DNA from: Nitrospirota bacterium
GTDB taxonomy: Bacteria; Nitrospirota; Thermodesulfovibrionia; Thermodesulfovibrionales; JdFR-86
DNA: 64,000 nucleotides
Assembly (NCBI GenBank): GCA_963721805.1
Contig: CAVRJY010000001.1
Location: forward strand, 1,472,001-1,536,000
Direction of reading: 5' to 3'
In this document: piece by piece, positions 46,518 through 57,966 of the stretch
How positions within the stretch are numbered: the first letter of the stretch is position 1
Layout: the number at the start of each line of letters is the position of its first letter
Notes under the pieces: model-generated
The model's database searches: none
What the model saw: the letters and a program-made list of their open reading frames with translations, nothing else
What the model was told of the DNA's origin: nothing
Position numbers and translations under genes: made by a program

Positions 46518-48328
46518 TAATTAATGCCTCCGGCGAGGACCTGCTCTGCAATCGGCCCGAGCGCCAGAGCGGGCAGGAACGTCAGGGCCCCGACTATGAT
46601 TATCACGCCCACGAGGAACGTCACGAACAGCGGCGTGTGGGTGGGCAGGGTGCCGGAGCTTACGGGAATCTGCTTTTTTGCGGCAAGCGAGCCCGCGATC
46701 CCGAGCACCGGAATGATGACCCCGAAGCGGCCGAAAAACATCGCTACAGCAAGCAGCGAGTTATAAAAAACGTTGTTGGCGTTTATCCCCGCAAACGCGC
46801 TCCCGTTGTTGTTCGCGGCAGAGCTGAATGCATATAATATCTCCGAGAAACCGTGAGGGCCGGGGTTCGATACGCCTGCCGCCCCGGCCTCCGTCACCGA
46901 GGCTATCGCCGTGCCTACCAGCACCAGCGAGGCCGGTATCAGTATCACGAGCGAGGCCATCTTCATCTCGAAGGCCTCGATCTTCTTGCCGAGGTACTCG
47001 GGCGTGCGGCCTACCATCAGCCCCGCGACGAATACGGTCACAAGTACGAACATCAGCATCCCATATAAGCCCGAGCCCACGCCCCCGAACACGATCTCGC
47101 CAAGCTGTATGAAGAACATCGGCACCATCCCGCCAAGCGGGCTGAAGGAGTCGTGCATCGAGTCAACCGAGCCGTTCGAGGCGGCCGTGGTGGCCGTGGC
47201 CCAGATCGCGGAGGACGCTATCCCGAATCTGACCTCCTTGCCCTCCATGTTGCCGCCTGACTGCATTACGCCGGCCGACTGGTCGATGCCGCTTATGGCG
47301 GCAAGCTGCGAGTTGCCCTGCTGCTCTATATAGCCCGTAAACAGCAGCAGCGGGATAAATATGATCAGCATCGCCGCGAGGAGGACCCAGCCCTGCCGGG
47401 TGTCACCCACCATGCGGCCGAACGTATGGCAGAGGGCAGCGCTGATGAGCAGTATCGCTAGCAGCTCCAGGAAGTTCGACAGAGCGGTCGGGTTCTCAAA
47501 CGGGTGGCTGGAGTTCGCGTTAAAATACCCGCCCCCGTTCGTGCCGAGCATCTTTATCGCCTCCTGCGAGGCCACCGGGCCCATGGGGATAACCTGTTGC
47601 TTTTGGGTCGCTTTCTCGGTCACAGGATTCCCGGCAGCGTCCATAATGGGATTGCCCTGACCGTCTACCTTGGCGTTATCGTACGTCAGGGTCTCGACCA
47701 TCCGGGCCGTCTTATACGGGCTGAAGTTCTGGATGACGCCCTGCGAGACGAGCACGAGGGCGAATATAATCGAGAGCGGGATGAGTATGTATAGCGTCGA
47801 GCGCGTGAGGTCGACCCAGAAGTTCCCTATGGTCTTTGAGCTGTGGCGCGAAAGCCCACGGATGAGAGCGACCATCACTGCCATGCCGGATGCGGCAGAA
47901 ACGAAGTTCTGCACCCCTAAAGCGGCCATCTGCGTGAGGTAGCTCATCGTGCTCTCTCCGCCGTAGCCCTGCCAGTTCGTGTTGGTCACGAAGCTCATCG
48001 CGGTATTAAAAGACGAGTCCGGCGAGACGGCCGCCATTGCCGCCGGGTTAAGCGGCAGGAGGCTCTGAGCGCGCTGGATCAGATAAACCGCGAGCACCCC
48101 AAACAGGCTGAACCACAGCACCGACGCGGCATAGCGCTGCCACGACATCTCCTCCTCAGCGTCCACTAAACACACACGGTATATCAGCCGCTCGACCGGA
48201 CCGAGCACCCGACCGAGCACGAACGGCTCGCCCATGTAAACACTGGCCATATAAGCGCCAAGAGGCTTTACGAAGGCCACGAGCACCGCAACGTAAATCG
48301 CCATCTGTATCATCATATTCGCTGTCAT
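46517..48328 (-). CDS. kdpA: K+-transporting ATPase subunit A
   Basis: TNTNWQ, GTNGGG, SNGS, NNNGSAF filter motifs. Confidence 0.97.
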   Translation of the reverse strand: MTANMMIQMAIYVAVLVAFVKPLGAYMASVYMGEPFVLGRVLGPVERLIYRVCLVDAEEEMSWQRYAASVLWFSLFGVLAVYLIQRAQSLLPLNPAAMAAVSPDSSFNTAMSFVTNTNWQGYGGESTMSYLTQMAALGVQNFVSAASGMAVMVALIRGLSRHSSKTIGNFWVDLTRSTLYILIPLSIIFALVLVSQGVIQNFSPYKTARMVETLTYDNAKVDGQGNPIMDAAGNPVTEKATQKQQVIPMGPVASQEAIKMLGTNGGGYFNANSSHPFENPTALSNFLELLAILLISAALCHTFGRMVGDTRQGWVLLAAMLIIFIPLLLFTGYIEQQGNSQLAAISGIDQSAGVMQSGGNMEGKEVRFGIASSAIWATATTAASNGSVDSMHDSFSPLGGMVPMFFIQLGEIVFGGVGSGLYGMLMFVLVTVFVAGLMVGRTPEYLGKKIEAFEMKMASLVILIPASLVLVGTAIASVTEAGAAGVSNPGPHGFSEILYAFSSAANNNGSAFAGINANNVFYNSLLAVAMFFGRFGVIIPVLGIAGSLAAKKQIPVSSGTLPTHTPLFVTFLVGVIIIVGALTFLPALALGPIAEQVLAGGIN

Positions 48329-48417
48329 TAGAAAATCTCCGGCTTCAGCAGCGCCACGAACAGATAGATCAATAGTCCCGTGGAGATCGCCCCGCCGATC
48401 CAGTAAAGTATGTCCAT
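48328..48417 (-). CDS. kdpF: KdpF micropeptide (MDILYWIGGAISTGLLIYLFVALLKPEIF)
   Basis: 29 aa, YL..ALL.PE.F signature, TAATG coupling with kdpA, GAGGAGG RBS. Confidence 0.9.
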   Translation of the reverse strand: MDILYWIGGAISTGLLIYLFVALLKPEIF

Positions 48418-48430
48418 GCCGGGTCCTCCT

Positions 48431-48511
48431 CTACAGCCTTCCGAAGAGCCTGACCATCAGGCCCGCTAGTGCGAAACACGCCACAGCCGCAACTAAAAAT
48501 ACGATGTCCAT
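48431..48511 (-). CDS. 26-aa hydrophobic micropeptide upstream of kdpF (MDIVFLVAAVACFALAGLMVRLFGRL)
   Basis: AGGAGG RBS, single TM helix, lies between the promoter and kdpF. Confidence 0.7.
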   Translation of the reverse strand: MDIVFLVAAVACFALAGLMVRLFGRL

Positions 48512-48534
48512 GTCTATGTCGGCCTCCTGTTTGA

Positions 48535-48600
48535 ATCGTATCACTAAACAAAGTAAAATAGGCGCAAAAATAGGCATCCAGGGTGTAAATATTCCGTAAA
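48535..48600 (-). promoter_or_regulatory. KdpE-box promoter of the kdp operon
   Basis: TTTAC-N6-TTTACACC (48600-48582), then 41 nt ending GTTTAGTGA, then -10 TACGAT; resembles the E. coli KdpE site TTTATA...TTTACACC. Confidence 0.7.
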
Positions 48601-48714
48601 TTATTTATGTTTATCAGGCGGGCTGATTATATGCCGCTGCCTTCAATAACAGGAGAGGCTCCCCCCGCACCGGCCGCAGGGAACCGGGCGAGGGGAGTCA
48701 AGAAGAAGCCTTCC

Positions 48715-49497
48715 TCAGAATGTCAGCGCTACGGTCACTCCGCCCCAGAGCACGGAGTTATGAGTGTCGCCCGCGTTTGCCAGCGAGCTTTGCTTCATTA
48801 TGTATGCCGCGTCCTTCGTAAGCGGGAAGTCGTACGCCAGCGACGGCGTGATCGAGATAGCCTTCGTCACGGGTATTTTTACGAAGCTCGAGAGCTCTCC
48901 GTTATAGAAGCCGCTGTACTTCCTGCCGTCCTTTTTAAGGCCCATCGCTTCATTGTTGGTGTCATACCCCACAGATGCGCCGCCTCCGGCCGTGATCCCG
49001 TGCCAGAGCTCAGGGCTCGTCTGGCTCACCGCGAGCACCGCAAAGCCGCCGCCATCGCCGCGTCTGAGATTCTGGTAATACGTTATGCTCGGGTTTAAGA
49101 TCGTCGCGTACGATGCCGAGACGAACGCCTCCTCGTCGTTTGCGCCCACGACGCCATAGTAGATATAGCCCGCGCTCAGGCTCAGGTCCTTGACCGAGTA
49201 TGTGTATTTAAGAGTCAGGTCAGTCTCGTTCGTCTGCTGGATGTCAGGATTTCTGTCGTAGTTCATCCACAGATTGGCGTTAAACCCGCCGTAGTTGAAG
49301 TCTATCGAGGGCTGTATCACCCACCCGTCGCTCAGGACGAGGCCGCGCCAGACATACTGGCTCAGGTAGCTTACCGACGCCGTAGCGGATGTGGGTATGG
49401 AAGGGGCCGCGGCCGGGGCCTCATCGGCCAAGGCCACACCAGTTACCCCCAGAACCAGCAGCAACCCCAATGCAATACTCGTAAACCTTCTTGACAT
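48715..49497 (-). CDS. putative outer-membrane beta-barrel / porin (TorF/gcw_chp-like)
   Basis: AGGAGG RBS, signal peptide, SQYVWRG, alternating amphipathic strands, C-terminal Phe (VALTF). Confidence 0.75.
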   Translation of the reverse strand: MSRRFTSIALGLLLVLGVTGVALADEAPAAAPSIPTSATASVSYLSQYVWRGLVLSDGWVIQPSIDFNYGGFNANLWMNYDRNPDIQQTNETDLTLKYTYSVKDLSLSAGYIYYGVVGANDEEAFVSASYATILNPSITYYQNLRRGDGGGFAVLAVSQTSPELWHGITAGGGASVGYDTNNEAMGLKKDGRKYSGFYNGELSSFVKIPVTKAISITPSLAYDFPLTKDAAYIMKQSSLANAGDTHNSVLWGGVTVALTF

Positions 49498-49555
49498 CTG
49501 ATTATCCTCCTGGTTAATTGTTAAGACGCCCCATGGCCCTTCTGCCATATTGAAA

Positions 49556-49621
49556 AGCCTATCACGAAACAGCGCGATATTGAAGCAATAGCGCGGGCTT
49601 ATGGTGTAAATGTATTGTAAA
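49556..49621 (-). promoter_or_regulatory. second KdpE-box promoter, upstream of the porin gene
   Basis: TTTAC-N6-TTTACACC (49621-49603), then 41 nt ending GTTTCGTGA, then -10 TAGGCT. Confidence 0.65.
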
Positions 49622-49645
49622 GAACGGGGGTATTACGAGGGTGCG

Positions 49646-51289
49646 TTATTCGGCCGGCTCAGTGCGGGAGATGCGTATCCGAAACTCAGTACCGTTTGAG
49701 CGGTTGAGCTTAACATCGCCGCGGATCTGCTTTGAGAGCGTCATGACGATCTGCATCCCGAGCGTCTTCGTATCGTTGATGTCGACGGCTTCCGGCATCC
49801 CGACGCCGTTGTCCCGGACTACCAGCATGTAATCGCCCTCGATCAGCCCGAATCCGACATACAGCTCTCCGGGGCGGACATGCGGGAAGGCGTATTTCAG
49901 GGCGTTCGAGACGAGTTCGTTGACAATCAGGCCGCATGGGATGACAGTGCTTACGTCGACCTGAGCTTTCTGGACGTCCAGGCGGAGCTTGATCCTAGAT
50001 GCGTCGGCGTTATAGGTGTGAAAGAGCTGGGTGACGAGGCCCTTCAGGTATGCCTCGATGTTTATGGTCGCGAGGTCCGTGGAGTTATAGAGCATCTCGT
50101 GGATCATGCCCATCGCCCTCACCCGCGACTGGCTCTCGACGAGGAGCTCCTTTGCGGTTGCGTCGGACACCTGCGAGGACTGGAGCCTCAGGAGGCTCTG
50201 GATCACCGCGAGACTGTTCTTCGTCCTGTGGTGGACCTCCCTGACAAGGATCTCGCGTTGTTCGAGGCGCTCCCTGAGCGCGGTCTCGAGCGCAGCGAGC
50301 GTGTCGTTGATCGATGCGCTGAGCTCCCCGATCTCGTCGCCGCCATGAAGCTCGATCCTCGCGGCGTGGCTGCCCGAGGCGCGGATGGCTTGCAGGTCCC
50401 CGCTTACCTTTGCGAGCCTCACAAAGACGTTGAGCTTGAGCAGCCACCACATCAGGACGACAGAGACGACCGTGATCGCCAGCAGCGCGAGCATGAAATA
50501 GCGGACGGTGTTTAAACCCTCCTGATAGATGCCCCGCTTGAGGTTTACGTCGAGCACGAGGGCTGGCTCCCCGAAGATGTCGTCGAGGACTGCCGATGCC
50601 CTGAGCGTCTTGTCATCGAGGTATTTTACGGACGGGCTGTCGCCGGCCGCAGCGCCGCCGGTGGCGCCGAACGAAAGGTCGAGGTTCGCTTTCTTCGAGA
50701 GCCCGGCGAGCCCCGCGGGATCGACGTACCTGGCGGTGATGAACGTGCCCCGCACCGGCCCCTCGTAATTGCTCTTCACTATGGGGCGGGCCGAGAGCAG
50801 CATGGGCGTCTTTCCGGCCATGATGAACCCGGAGTAAGAAGCGGTCGCGCTCGTGATATGGGCGATGTCCGGGTGGCGGGCAAAGAGGTCCCTGAGCGCC
50901 GCCTCGGGGACGGCCATCGGGGCGTTGTTCCTGAAGTCGTACGCCCGCTCGTATAGCACCTGGCCGTTGGAGTCCAGTATGACGATCAGGTTTAGTTCGA
51001 GCTTCACGAACGTCTTGTCTATCATGTTGGTGGAGAGGAAGGCGGGGTTGCGGTCGCGTGCGAACTCGTATGCGTCGTCCCAGGCCGACCAGTCGATGTT
51101 GTTGGAATGCAGGAAACCGATCTCGCGCTCGAAGGCGTTGACCGCACGCTGCACGTTGGCCTCGGCGTCCTTGCGCTCAAGCTCGACGAAGCTCCCGAGG
51201 ATGATCCTGCCCGAGAGGGCGTACACGACGATGAGCGCCGCCGCGAACACGGCGCATATGATCAGCATCGACTTGGTGTACAGCCTCAA
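49646..51289 (-). CDS. CHASE4 + HAMP + HisKA_2-type sensor histidine kinase
   Basis: DWSAWDDAYEF (CHASE4), DEIGEL (HAMP), EVHHRTKN, NELVSNALKY. Confidence 0.85.
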   Translation of the reverse strand: MRLYTKSMLIICAVFAAALIVVYALSGRIILGSFVELERKDAEANVQRAVNAFEREIGFLHSNNIDWSAWDDAYEFARDRNPAFLSTNMIDKTFVKLELNLIVILDSNGQVLYERAYDFRNNAPMAVPEAALRDLFARHPDIAHITSATASYSGFIMAGKTPMLLSARPIVKSNYEGPVRGTFITARYVDPAGLAGLSKKANLDLSFGATGGAAAGDSPSVKYLDDKTLRASAVLDDIFGEPALVLDVNLKRGIYQEGLNTVRYFMLALLAITVVSVVLMWWLLKLNVFVRLAKVSGDLQAIRASGSHAARIELHGGDEIGELSASINDTLAALETALRERLEQREILVREVHHRTKNSLAVIQSLLRLQSSQVSDATAKELLVESQSRVRAMGMIHEMLYNSTDLATINIEAYLKGLVTQLFHTYNADASRIKLRLDVQKAQVDVSTVIPCGLIVNELVSNALKYAFPHVRPGELYVGFGLIEGDYMLVVRDNGVGMPEAVDINDTKTLGMQIVMTLSKQIRGDVKLNRSNGTEFRIRISRTEPAE

Positions 51290-51398
51290 GGGAAATGCTC
51301 CGTTTCCAGACCGGGATCATAGATATTAAACTTATGGCGGGTGGCTGTCAACTTGCCCTGAACGGGCAGGCAACGGCCCGATGCGATGAGGGAAAAAA

Positions 51399-51476
51399 TG
51401 GGGTGGGTGATGGGACTTGAACCCACAACACCTGGTGCCACAGACCAGTACTCTGACCAATTGAGCTACACCCACC
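51399..51476 (-). tRNA. tRNA-His (GTG)
   Basis: Reverse complement GGTGGGTGTAGCTCAATTGG...CT-GTG-GC...GGTTCAAGTCC...CCCA with G-1. Confidence 0.93.
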
Positions 51477-51565
51477 GTTTTGCAGACCACCTATTATATA
51501 TAAAAACGGTACCAGTCTTTCAAGCGGCGCGAATCAGCGCCCCGGCGTTCGTGTATAATTTCAGG

Positions 51566-52523
51566 ATGGCGAACCACACAGAGACGCTCGACAAGGGCTC
51601 CCTGACACGCTATGCGTGGCTCTCGATAGCCGCTGCGCTCGTGACCATGGCGCTGAAATCCGCGGCCTATATGCTTACGGGCTCGGTCGGCCTGCTCTCA
51701 GACGCGATGGAATCGCTCGTGAACATGGCGGGCGCGATAATGGCGCTTGCTATGCTGCGCGTAGCGGAGCAGCCCGAGGACGAGGCCCACGCCTATGGCC
51801 ACGGCAAGGCCGAATACTTCTCGAGCGGGTTTGAGGGCGCACTGATATTGATAGCAGCGCTCGGGATCGCCTATGAAGCCACAGTGAGGCTGCTTCACCC
51901 AAAACCGCTCGAGCAGATCGGGATGGGTCTCGCCATCTCGGTCGTGGCCTCGCTGATCAATCTTGCCGTGGCGCTCGTGCTGATGAGGGCCGCGAAACGC
52001 CGCGGCTCGATCACGCTCAAGGCGGACTCCCAACACCTGCTCACGGACGTCTGGACCTCGGTAGGCGTCGTGATTGGCGTGGGAATGGTCGCGGTGACGG
52101 GATGGCAAATTCTAGATCCTATAGTCGCTTTTATAGTGGCTGCCAATATCATATGGGTGGGCGGCGGCATCGTCTTTGAGTCCATACACGGTTTAATGGA
52201 TATCTCTCTTCCGCCCGCAGGAACTGGCCGTCCTGCGCCGCATACTCGACGGCCACCTAAAAGACGGGATCAGCTATCACGCCTTCCGCACGAGGCGCTC
52301 GGGCACACGGAGGTTCCTCACGCTGCATGTCTTAGTGCCCGGAGAATGGACCGTGCAGCGAAGCCATGACCTCGTCGAGGCGATCGAGCAGGAGATCTGC
52401 GATGCGTTTCCGAACATCAACATACTGATCCACTTCGAGCCGCTCGAAGACCCCAGCTCATGGCTGGACACTGACCTCGACCGCACCACCTACAATGGCG
52501 AGGGCAAAAGCTGCGAGAAATAA
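51566..52523 (+). CDS. cation diffusion facilitator transporter, frameshift near 52220
   Basis: [27 protein letters not shown]-terminal SHDL...IHFEP in the next frame. Confidence 0.85.
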
Positions 52524-52560
52524 GGCGTACGCGTGAAAGAGCCCGCTGGATCCAGTCGAT

Positions 52561-52593
52561 AAAAAAACCGGGCCCCGATGTGCTGGAGCCCGG
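52561..52593 (-). terminator. rho-independent terminator of amtB
   Basis: Minus-strand CCGGGCTCC-loop-GGGGCCCGG hairpin followed by a T run. Confidence 0.7.
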
Positions 52594-52635
52594 CTGTTGG
52601 AGCTTAGTCTTTAAATAGAGGGGCCAGTCGGCCCC

Positions 52636-53949
52636 CTATCTTATCTCGTAACCTGCCTCGCTGTGCTGGGTGAGGTCCAGGCCCTGAAGCTCCTGGTCGC
52701 GGGTGACGCGCAGCCCCATCGTCTTGTCGATGAGCTTCAAGAGCACAATTGTTACAGCGATGGAATAGATAGCGACCACGCCGATGGCCTTGAGCTGCAC
52801 CATCAGCGTCCCGGCGTTGCCCAGGAGAAGGCCGTCCGCGCCGCCGGGGTTGATCGCCTTGGACGCCAGCAGGCCGAGGGCTATCGTGCCGAGCGTCCCG
52901 CCTACGCCGTGCACGCCGAAGGCGTCGAGCGAATCGTCATACCCAAGCTTGCCCTTGAGGTTGAGCGCGGTGAAGCATACAGCACCCGCGGCCGCGCCTA
53001 TCAGGAGCGCGGAGGCCGGGGTCACAAAACCGGCTGCCGGGGTGATCGTCGCAAGCCCGGCTATGCAGCCCGTGGCGCCGCCGAACATCGTGGGTTTGCC
53101 CCTTATGGACCACTCAAGTGCCAGCCATACGATAGTCGCCATGGCGGCCGCGAAGTGGGTGTTGACGAGCGCGATCGTGGCAAGGCCGTTTGCGGCAAGC
53201 GCACTTCCGGCGTTAAAACCGAACCACCCGAACCACAGCAAGCCCGCGCCTAGCACGGTCATGGGCAGGTTGTGCGGGACCATCGGCTCGTTGCCGTAGT
53301 CCACGCGCTTGCCGATCATTATCGCCGCGACGAGCGCCGAGATGCCGGACGTCAGGTGCACGACCATCCCGCCCGCAAAATCGAGCGCCCCGGCCTGCTT
53401 TAGCCAGCCACCGTCGCCCCATATCCAGTGGCAGACCGGGTCGTAGACCAGCGTGCTCCAAAGCACCATGAATACTAGGTATGACGAGAACTTGATGCGC
53501 TCGGCCAGCGCGCCGCTGATCAGCGCCGGGGTTATGACCGCGAACATGCACTGGTAGATCATGAAGGTCAGGTGAGGGATCGTCGGGGCATAGGCCGCGT
53601 AGGGCTCTACGCCTACCCCGCTGAGGCCCACCCACTGAAGCCCGCCGAGCCAGCCGCCCGCGACATCAGGGCTGAAGGCCAGGCTGTAGCCGATCAGGCA
53701 CCACTGCACAGTGATCACCGCCATCGCCACGAAGCTCTGCATTATAGTGCCGAGCACGTTCTTGGTCCTGACCATCCCGCCATAGAACATCGCGAGGCCG
53801 GGCGTCATAAGGAGCACGAGTGCGGTCGATACCAGGATCCATGCGGTATCGCCAGCGCTTATCGCGGAGGGCGGGGCATCGGCCCCGAAGGCCGTGCCAG
53901 TTACGGACAACGCGGAAACCACTATGAAGAACAAAGAAGCCTTGCGCAA
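52636..53949 (-). CDS. amtB: ammonium transporter
   Basis: TPGLAMFYGG, FAVITPAL, DFAGG..VH, WFGWFGFNAGS, DDSLDAFGVHG. Confidence 0.96.
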   Translation of the reverse strand: MRKASLFFIVVSALSVTGTAFGADAPPSAISAGDTAWILVSTALVLLMTPGLAMFYGGMVRTKNVLGTIMQSFVAMAVITVQWCLIGYSLAFSPDVAGGWLGGLQWVGLSGVGVEPYAAYAPTIPHLTFMIYQCMFAVITPALISGALAERIKFSSYLVFMVLWSTLVYDPVCHWIWGDGGWLKQAGALDFAGGMVVHLTSGISALVAAIMIGKRVDYGNEPMVPHNLPMTVLGAGLLWFGWFGFNAGSALAANGLATIALVNTHFAAAMATIVWLALEWSIRGKPTMFGGATGCIAGLATITPAAGFVTPASALLIGAAAGAVCFTALNLKGKLGYDDSLDAFGVHGVGGTLGTIALGLLASKAINPGGADGLLLGNAGTLMVQLKAIGVVAIYSIAVTIVLLKLIDKTMGLRVTRDQELQGLDLTQHSEAGYEIR

Positions 53950-53986
53950 AATCGTTCCTCCCCAGGATTAATTTTACATAATTGTA

Positions 53987-54003
53987 TGCACAAACAATGC
54001 CAA
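53987..54003 (-). promoter_or_regulatory. sigma54 -24/-12 promoter of amtB
   Basis: TTGGCATTGTTTGTGCA (GG-N10-GC). Confidence 0.75.
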
Positions 54004-54047
54004 ATAATATTTTATTTATTTAACCAATATATATATCTCTTAGTTAA

Positions 54048-54063
54048 TGTGATACATGAGACA
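54048..54063. promoter_or_regulatory. NifA-type upstream activator sequence
   Basis: TGT-GATACATGAG-ACA (TGT-N10-ACA) upstream of the sigma54 site, separated by an AT-rich tract. Confidence 0.55.
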
Positions 54064-54149
54064 TAATTGTGATATATACAATTTTGTCTTACGTTATTGT
54101 AGATATGATAGTCAATTTAAGGCGGGGCCGGGTCGATGGAAAACGCGTA

Positions 54150-55703
54150 CTAAGAGTATTTCAGGGTATCAGGGTCGATGCCGTACTTCTTGAGCCTGTA
54201 GCCGAACTGCCGCGGCGTGATGCCAAGCGCCGTCGCCGCGCGGTGCTGCACGAAGGAGTTCTCTGATAGCGCGCGGATCATCCGCTCGCGCTCCAACGTT
54301 ATGACATCCTCCTTAAGCGAACCGGGATGCGCGTGAGCGTGCTCAGGGGAAGACACACCGTATTCCTTGTGCGGGAACCCAAGCGGTATGTCCTCGGCGC
54401 GGACCGTATCGCCCTCGGTCATGATCACCGCGCGCTCGATCACGTTGGCGAGCTCCCGGATGTTGCCCGGCCAGCCGTAGCCCTCGAGGGCCTCCATCGC
54501 GGGCTCCGAAAACGAGATCCGCTTGCCGTAGTCGTGGCTGAACTTCCCGACGAAGTGCAGCGCCAGCAGGCGTATGTCCCCGTGGCGCTCCCTCAGCGGC
54601 GGCAGCACTATCGGCACCACGTTGAGCCTCCAGTACAGGTCGCTGCGGAACGTCTTGTTGCGCACCCCTTCGAGCAGGTCGCGGTTAGTCGCCGCGATGA
54701 TACGCACGTCAGCGCGCAGCTGCTTCGACGAGCCGACCCTCTCATACGTCCGCTCCTGCAGCACGCGCAGGAGCTTGGCCTGAAGCTCCACGTCAAGCTC
54801 CCCGATCTCGTCGAGAAAAATCGTCCCGCCCTCGGCCATCTCGAACCTTCCTATGCGCCGGGCCGTGGCGCCCGTAAACGCGCCTTTCTCGCAGCCGAAC
54901 AGCTCGACCTCAAGCAGGTTCGCCGGAAGCGCAGCGCAGTTGACCGCCACGAACGGCTTGCCCGCCCTCGGGCTCTGAAAGTGTATAGTGCTCGCGATGA
55001 ACTCCTTGCCCGTCCCGGTCTCGCCCAACAAAAGCACCGTCGCGCTCGTCGCCGCGACCTTCATCACGCTCTTGAGCACCGCCTGAAAACGGTCTGACTC
55101 GCCCACCAGGTTCGGCAGGCTGTACCGCGTGCGCAGCTGGGCTCGGAGGTTCTCGTTGTCTCGGTCCGCACGGCGGTAAGTCCGCCACAACGCGACGAAC
55201 TGAGCTATGAACGACGACACTATCCCCAGCACGCGGAGGTCGTCGTCCAGCCCGCCGCGCTCATCGGAGTATATCCGGTCTACGCTCAGCACGCCCATCG
55301 CCGCGCCCTTGAGCATGATAGGCACGCAGATGAACGAGATGCCCTTCTTCGTCGGCCTCGACCCGGTGCGGTTTAAAAACTTCGGCTCGGCCCCGATGTC
55401 AGGGATGAACATCGGCTGCCCGCTCTCGATCACCGAGCCCACGATCCCCTCGCCCGCCTTGTATATGCCGCGCGAGATCTCATCCCGCGTAAGCCCGTGC
55501 GCCGCAACTATCCGAAGCTCGTCCGTCTCCTCGTCTCTGAGGAACACGCACCCGCGCTCCAGATCGAGCATTATCCCCAGCGTCTCCATCGCCGCCGTCA
55601 GGTTCTCCTGCAGGTCGAACGAGCCCGTCAGGACCCGGCTGACCTCCAGCACGGCCTCCAGCTCCCGGTTGCGGCTCGTTATCAGTCTGTCTTTGGGGTT
55701 CAT
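54150..55703 (-). CDS. NifA-like sigma54 enhancer-binding protein (GAF-AAA+-HTH)
   Basis: GAF (GEGIVG), [36 protein letters not shown]. Confidence 0.88.
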   Translation of the reverse strand: MNPKDRLITSRNRELEAVLEVSRVLTGSFDLQENLTAAMETLGIMLDLERGCVFLRDEETDELRIVAAHGLTRDEISRGIYKAGEGIVGSVIESGQPMFIPDIGAEPKFLNRTGSRPTKKGISFICVPIMLKGAAMGVLSVDRIYSDERGGLDDDLRVLGIVSSFIAQFVALWRTYRRADRDNENLRAQLRTRYSLPNLVGESDRFQAVLKSVMKVAATSATVLLLGETGTGKEFIASTIHFQSPRAGKPFVAVNCAALPANLLEVELFGCEKGAFTGATARRIGRFEMAEGGTIFLDEIGELDVELQAKLLRVLQERTYERVGSSKQLRADVRIIAATNRDLLEGVRNKTFRSDLYWRLNVVPIVLPPLRERHGDIRLLALHFVGKFSHDYGKRISFSEPAMEALEGYGWPGNIRELANVIERAVIMTEGDTVRAEDIPLGFPHKEYGVSSPEHAHAHPGSLKEDVITLERERMIRALSENSFVQHRAATALGITPRQFGYRLKKYGIDPDTLKYS

Positions 55704-55915
55704 GCTATTCGTCGGCAATCGGTTGCCGATTGCCTTATCTGTAAGATACTACAAAATCGTCACTCCCTGCAAGTTCAATCTTATACCAGAATGTCTCGGT
55801 TGGCCATATATAGGGTGATCGCACAAAATGGCAGCCAAGCGGAAAGCAGCAATAGCGGGAAATTCAAGAGGGCCGCGACCCAGGACGGGCAGCGACCCTC
55901 GATCAGTTCATGACT

Positions 55916-56266
<351 letters not shown>

Positions 56267-56420
56267 TTAATATGCCGAATGGTCTCCATTCAGCCGATGC
56301 CAAATTGTAACCGAAATCCCGACAAAAAATACACAATAATGCAAAGCCGCTTATCAACCTGTCTCGTTGCCATGCCAGGCCCATTCTGATATAGTGAGAT
56401 AACAAAAAGGGGGATGGCAG

Positions 56421-57926
56421 GTGCTCACGCAGAGCGACGTAATATACTTCATCGTCACCGACAGGTTCTGCTCGCTCAATCCCCGCGATGGCGCCGGGGT
56501 CGAACCCGGCAACCCCTACGCATACCATGGCGGCAATTTCGAGGGCGTGCTCAGCAAGATCCCGTACCTCCGAAACCTCGGCGTGACCGCGCTCTGGCTC
56601 ACCCCGGTCTATACCAACATCCAGACCCCCGTAAACGGGATGTGGGGATACCACGGCTACTGGCCGCTGGATTTCGAGAGCGTGGACCCTCACCTCTACA
56701 GCCCGGTCGAGGGCGTCCCGGAGGGCAGCAAGCTCTACTTCAAGCGCCTCGTCGACGAGCTGCACGCCGCCGGGATCAAGGTCATACAGGACATGGTCGT
56801 AAACCATGCGGGGTATAACCACCCCGGCCTCAGGGACGATCCGGGCACGCCGATCAAGTCCTGGTGGTTCAACCCCGCCTCGGCCACGTGCGAGACCGAG
56901 TGCAGGCTCTCGGGCCTGCCTGACCTCGACCAGGACAGGATCGAGGTCGCGGACTACACTATCGGCGTGATCATGGACTGGATCGAACAGACGGGTGTGG
57001 ACTGCATCCGCATGGACACGGCCAAGAACGTCGAGCGCGTGTTCTGGAAATATTACAAGACCTACGTCAAGGGCCGCTACCCGGACGTATCGCTGCTGGG
57101 CGAGGTGCTCGACTGGGACATAGACGTGATCTCGAGCTTCCAGCGGTTCTACGCCTTCGACTCGCTCTTCGACTTCCCGCTGCAGCGGGCGATGCAGCAG
57201 GTCTTCGTGGATGACGCGAGCCTCCGTCTCCTGGCCTCGCCGATGCTCTCGCCCGAGGACGCGCCGGGCATCCTCGACCGCGACACCCACTACACCAACC
57301 ACAACCGCCTCGTCACGATGCTCGACAACCACGACCTCCCTTCGCGCTTCATGACCTCGGCCCTCAACCGCCTGGGCTTCGTGCACTCAAACGCGGTGCG
57401 CACGTACAAGCTCGCGCTCTCGTTCCTGCTGACGATGCGCGGCATACCCCAGCTCTACTACGGCGACGAGATCGGGCTCGAGGGCGGCGCTGACCCCGAC
57501 AACCGCCGCGACATGCCTTGGGGGAAGTTCAGCCCGAATCTCGAGCCGACTAACGGCTACTCCTCCGAGCGCGAGATCTTCCTGCACACGAAAGAGCTCA
57601 TCCGCATCAGGCGCGGCCACCCGGCCCTGATGTTCGGCAACCTCACCACGCTGTACGTCGACGACCTCGCATACGTCTACTTGCGCGATTGGGGCGACGA
57701 CGTCCTGATCGTCGCGATCAACAACGGCTACCTCCCGATGCAGACGCCGCTGCTCGCCGCGGTGGACATCAACCCTGCTATACCGCCCCGGATCAAGGCC
57801 CTGCTCAGGGGCAGGGCGCTGCGTGACCTGCTCAATCCCGGGCGGCCGCGGACGCGCGTAATGGACGGCCTCATCCCGGTCGAGCTCGAGGGGAAGACCG
57901 CCGCGATATTCTCGCCCGAGGCCTGA
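56421..57926 (+). CDS. GH13 alpha-amylase family glycoside hydrolase
   Basis: YHGYW, DMVVNH, RMDTAK, GEV, LDNHD, YYGDE. Confidence 0.9.
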   Translation: MLTQSDVIYFIVTDRFCSLNPRDGAGVEPGNPYAYHGGNFEGVLSKIPYLRNLGVTALWLTPVYTNIQTPVNGMWGYHGYWPLDFESVDPHLYSPVEGVPEGSKLYFKRLVDELHAAGIKVIQDMVVNHAGYNHPGLRDDPGTPIKSWWFNPASATCETECRLSGLPDLDQDRIEVADYTIGVIMDWIEQTGVDCIRMDTAKNVERVFWKYYKTYVKGRYPDVSLLGEVLDWDIDVISSFQRFYAFDSLFDFPLQRAMQQVFVDDASLRLLASPMLSPEDAPGILDRDTHYTNHNRLVTMLDNHDLPSRFMTSALNRLGFVHSNAVRTYKLALSFLLTMRGIPQLYYGDEIGLEGGADPDNRRDMPWGKFSPNLEPTNGYSSEREIFLHTKELIRIRRGHPALMFGNLTTLYVDDLAYVYLRDWGDDVLIVAINNGYLPMQTPLLAAVDINPAIPPRIKALLRGRALRDLLNPGRPRTRVMDGLIPVELEGKTAAIFSPEA

Positions 57927-57966
57927 GCGGTCTCTTATGCTAGAATTTATATATGGAGATTGCTGA

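Noticed and set aside
56285..56385. sigma54 promoter for glnK
   Set aside because: TGGCA occurrences lack a GC at the required 10-nt spacing
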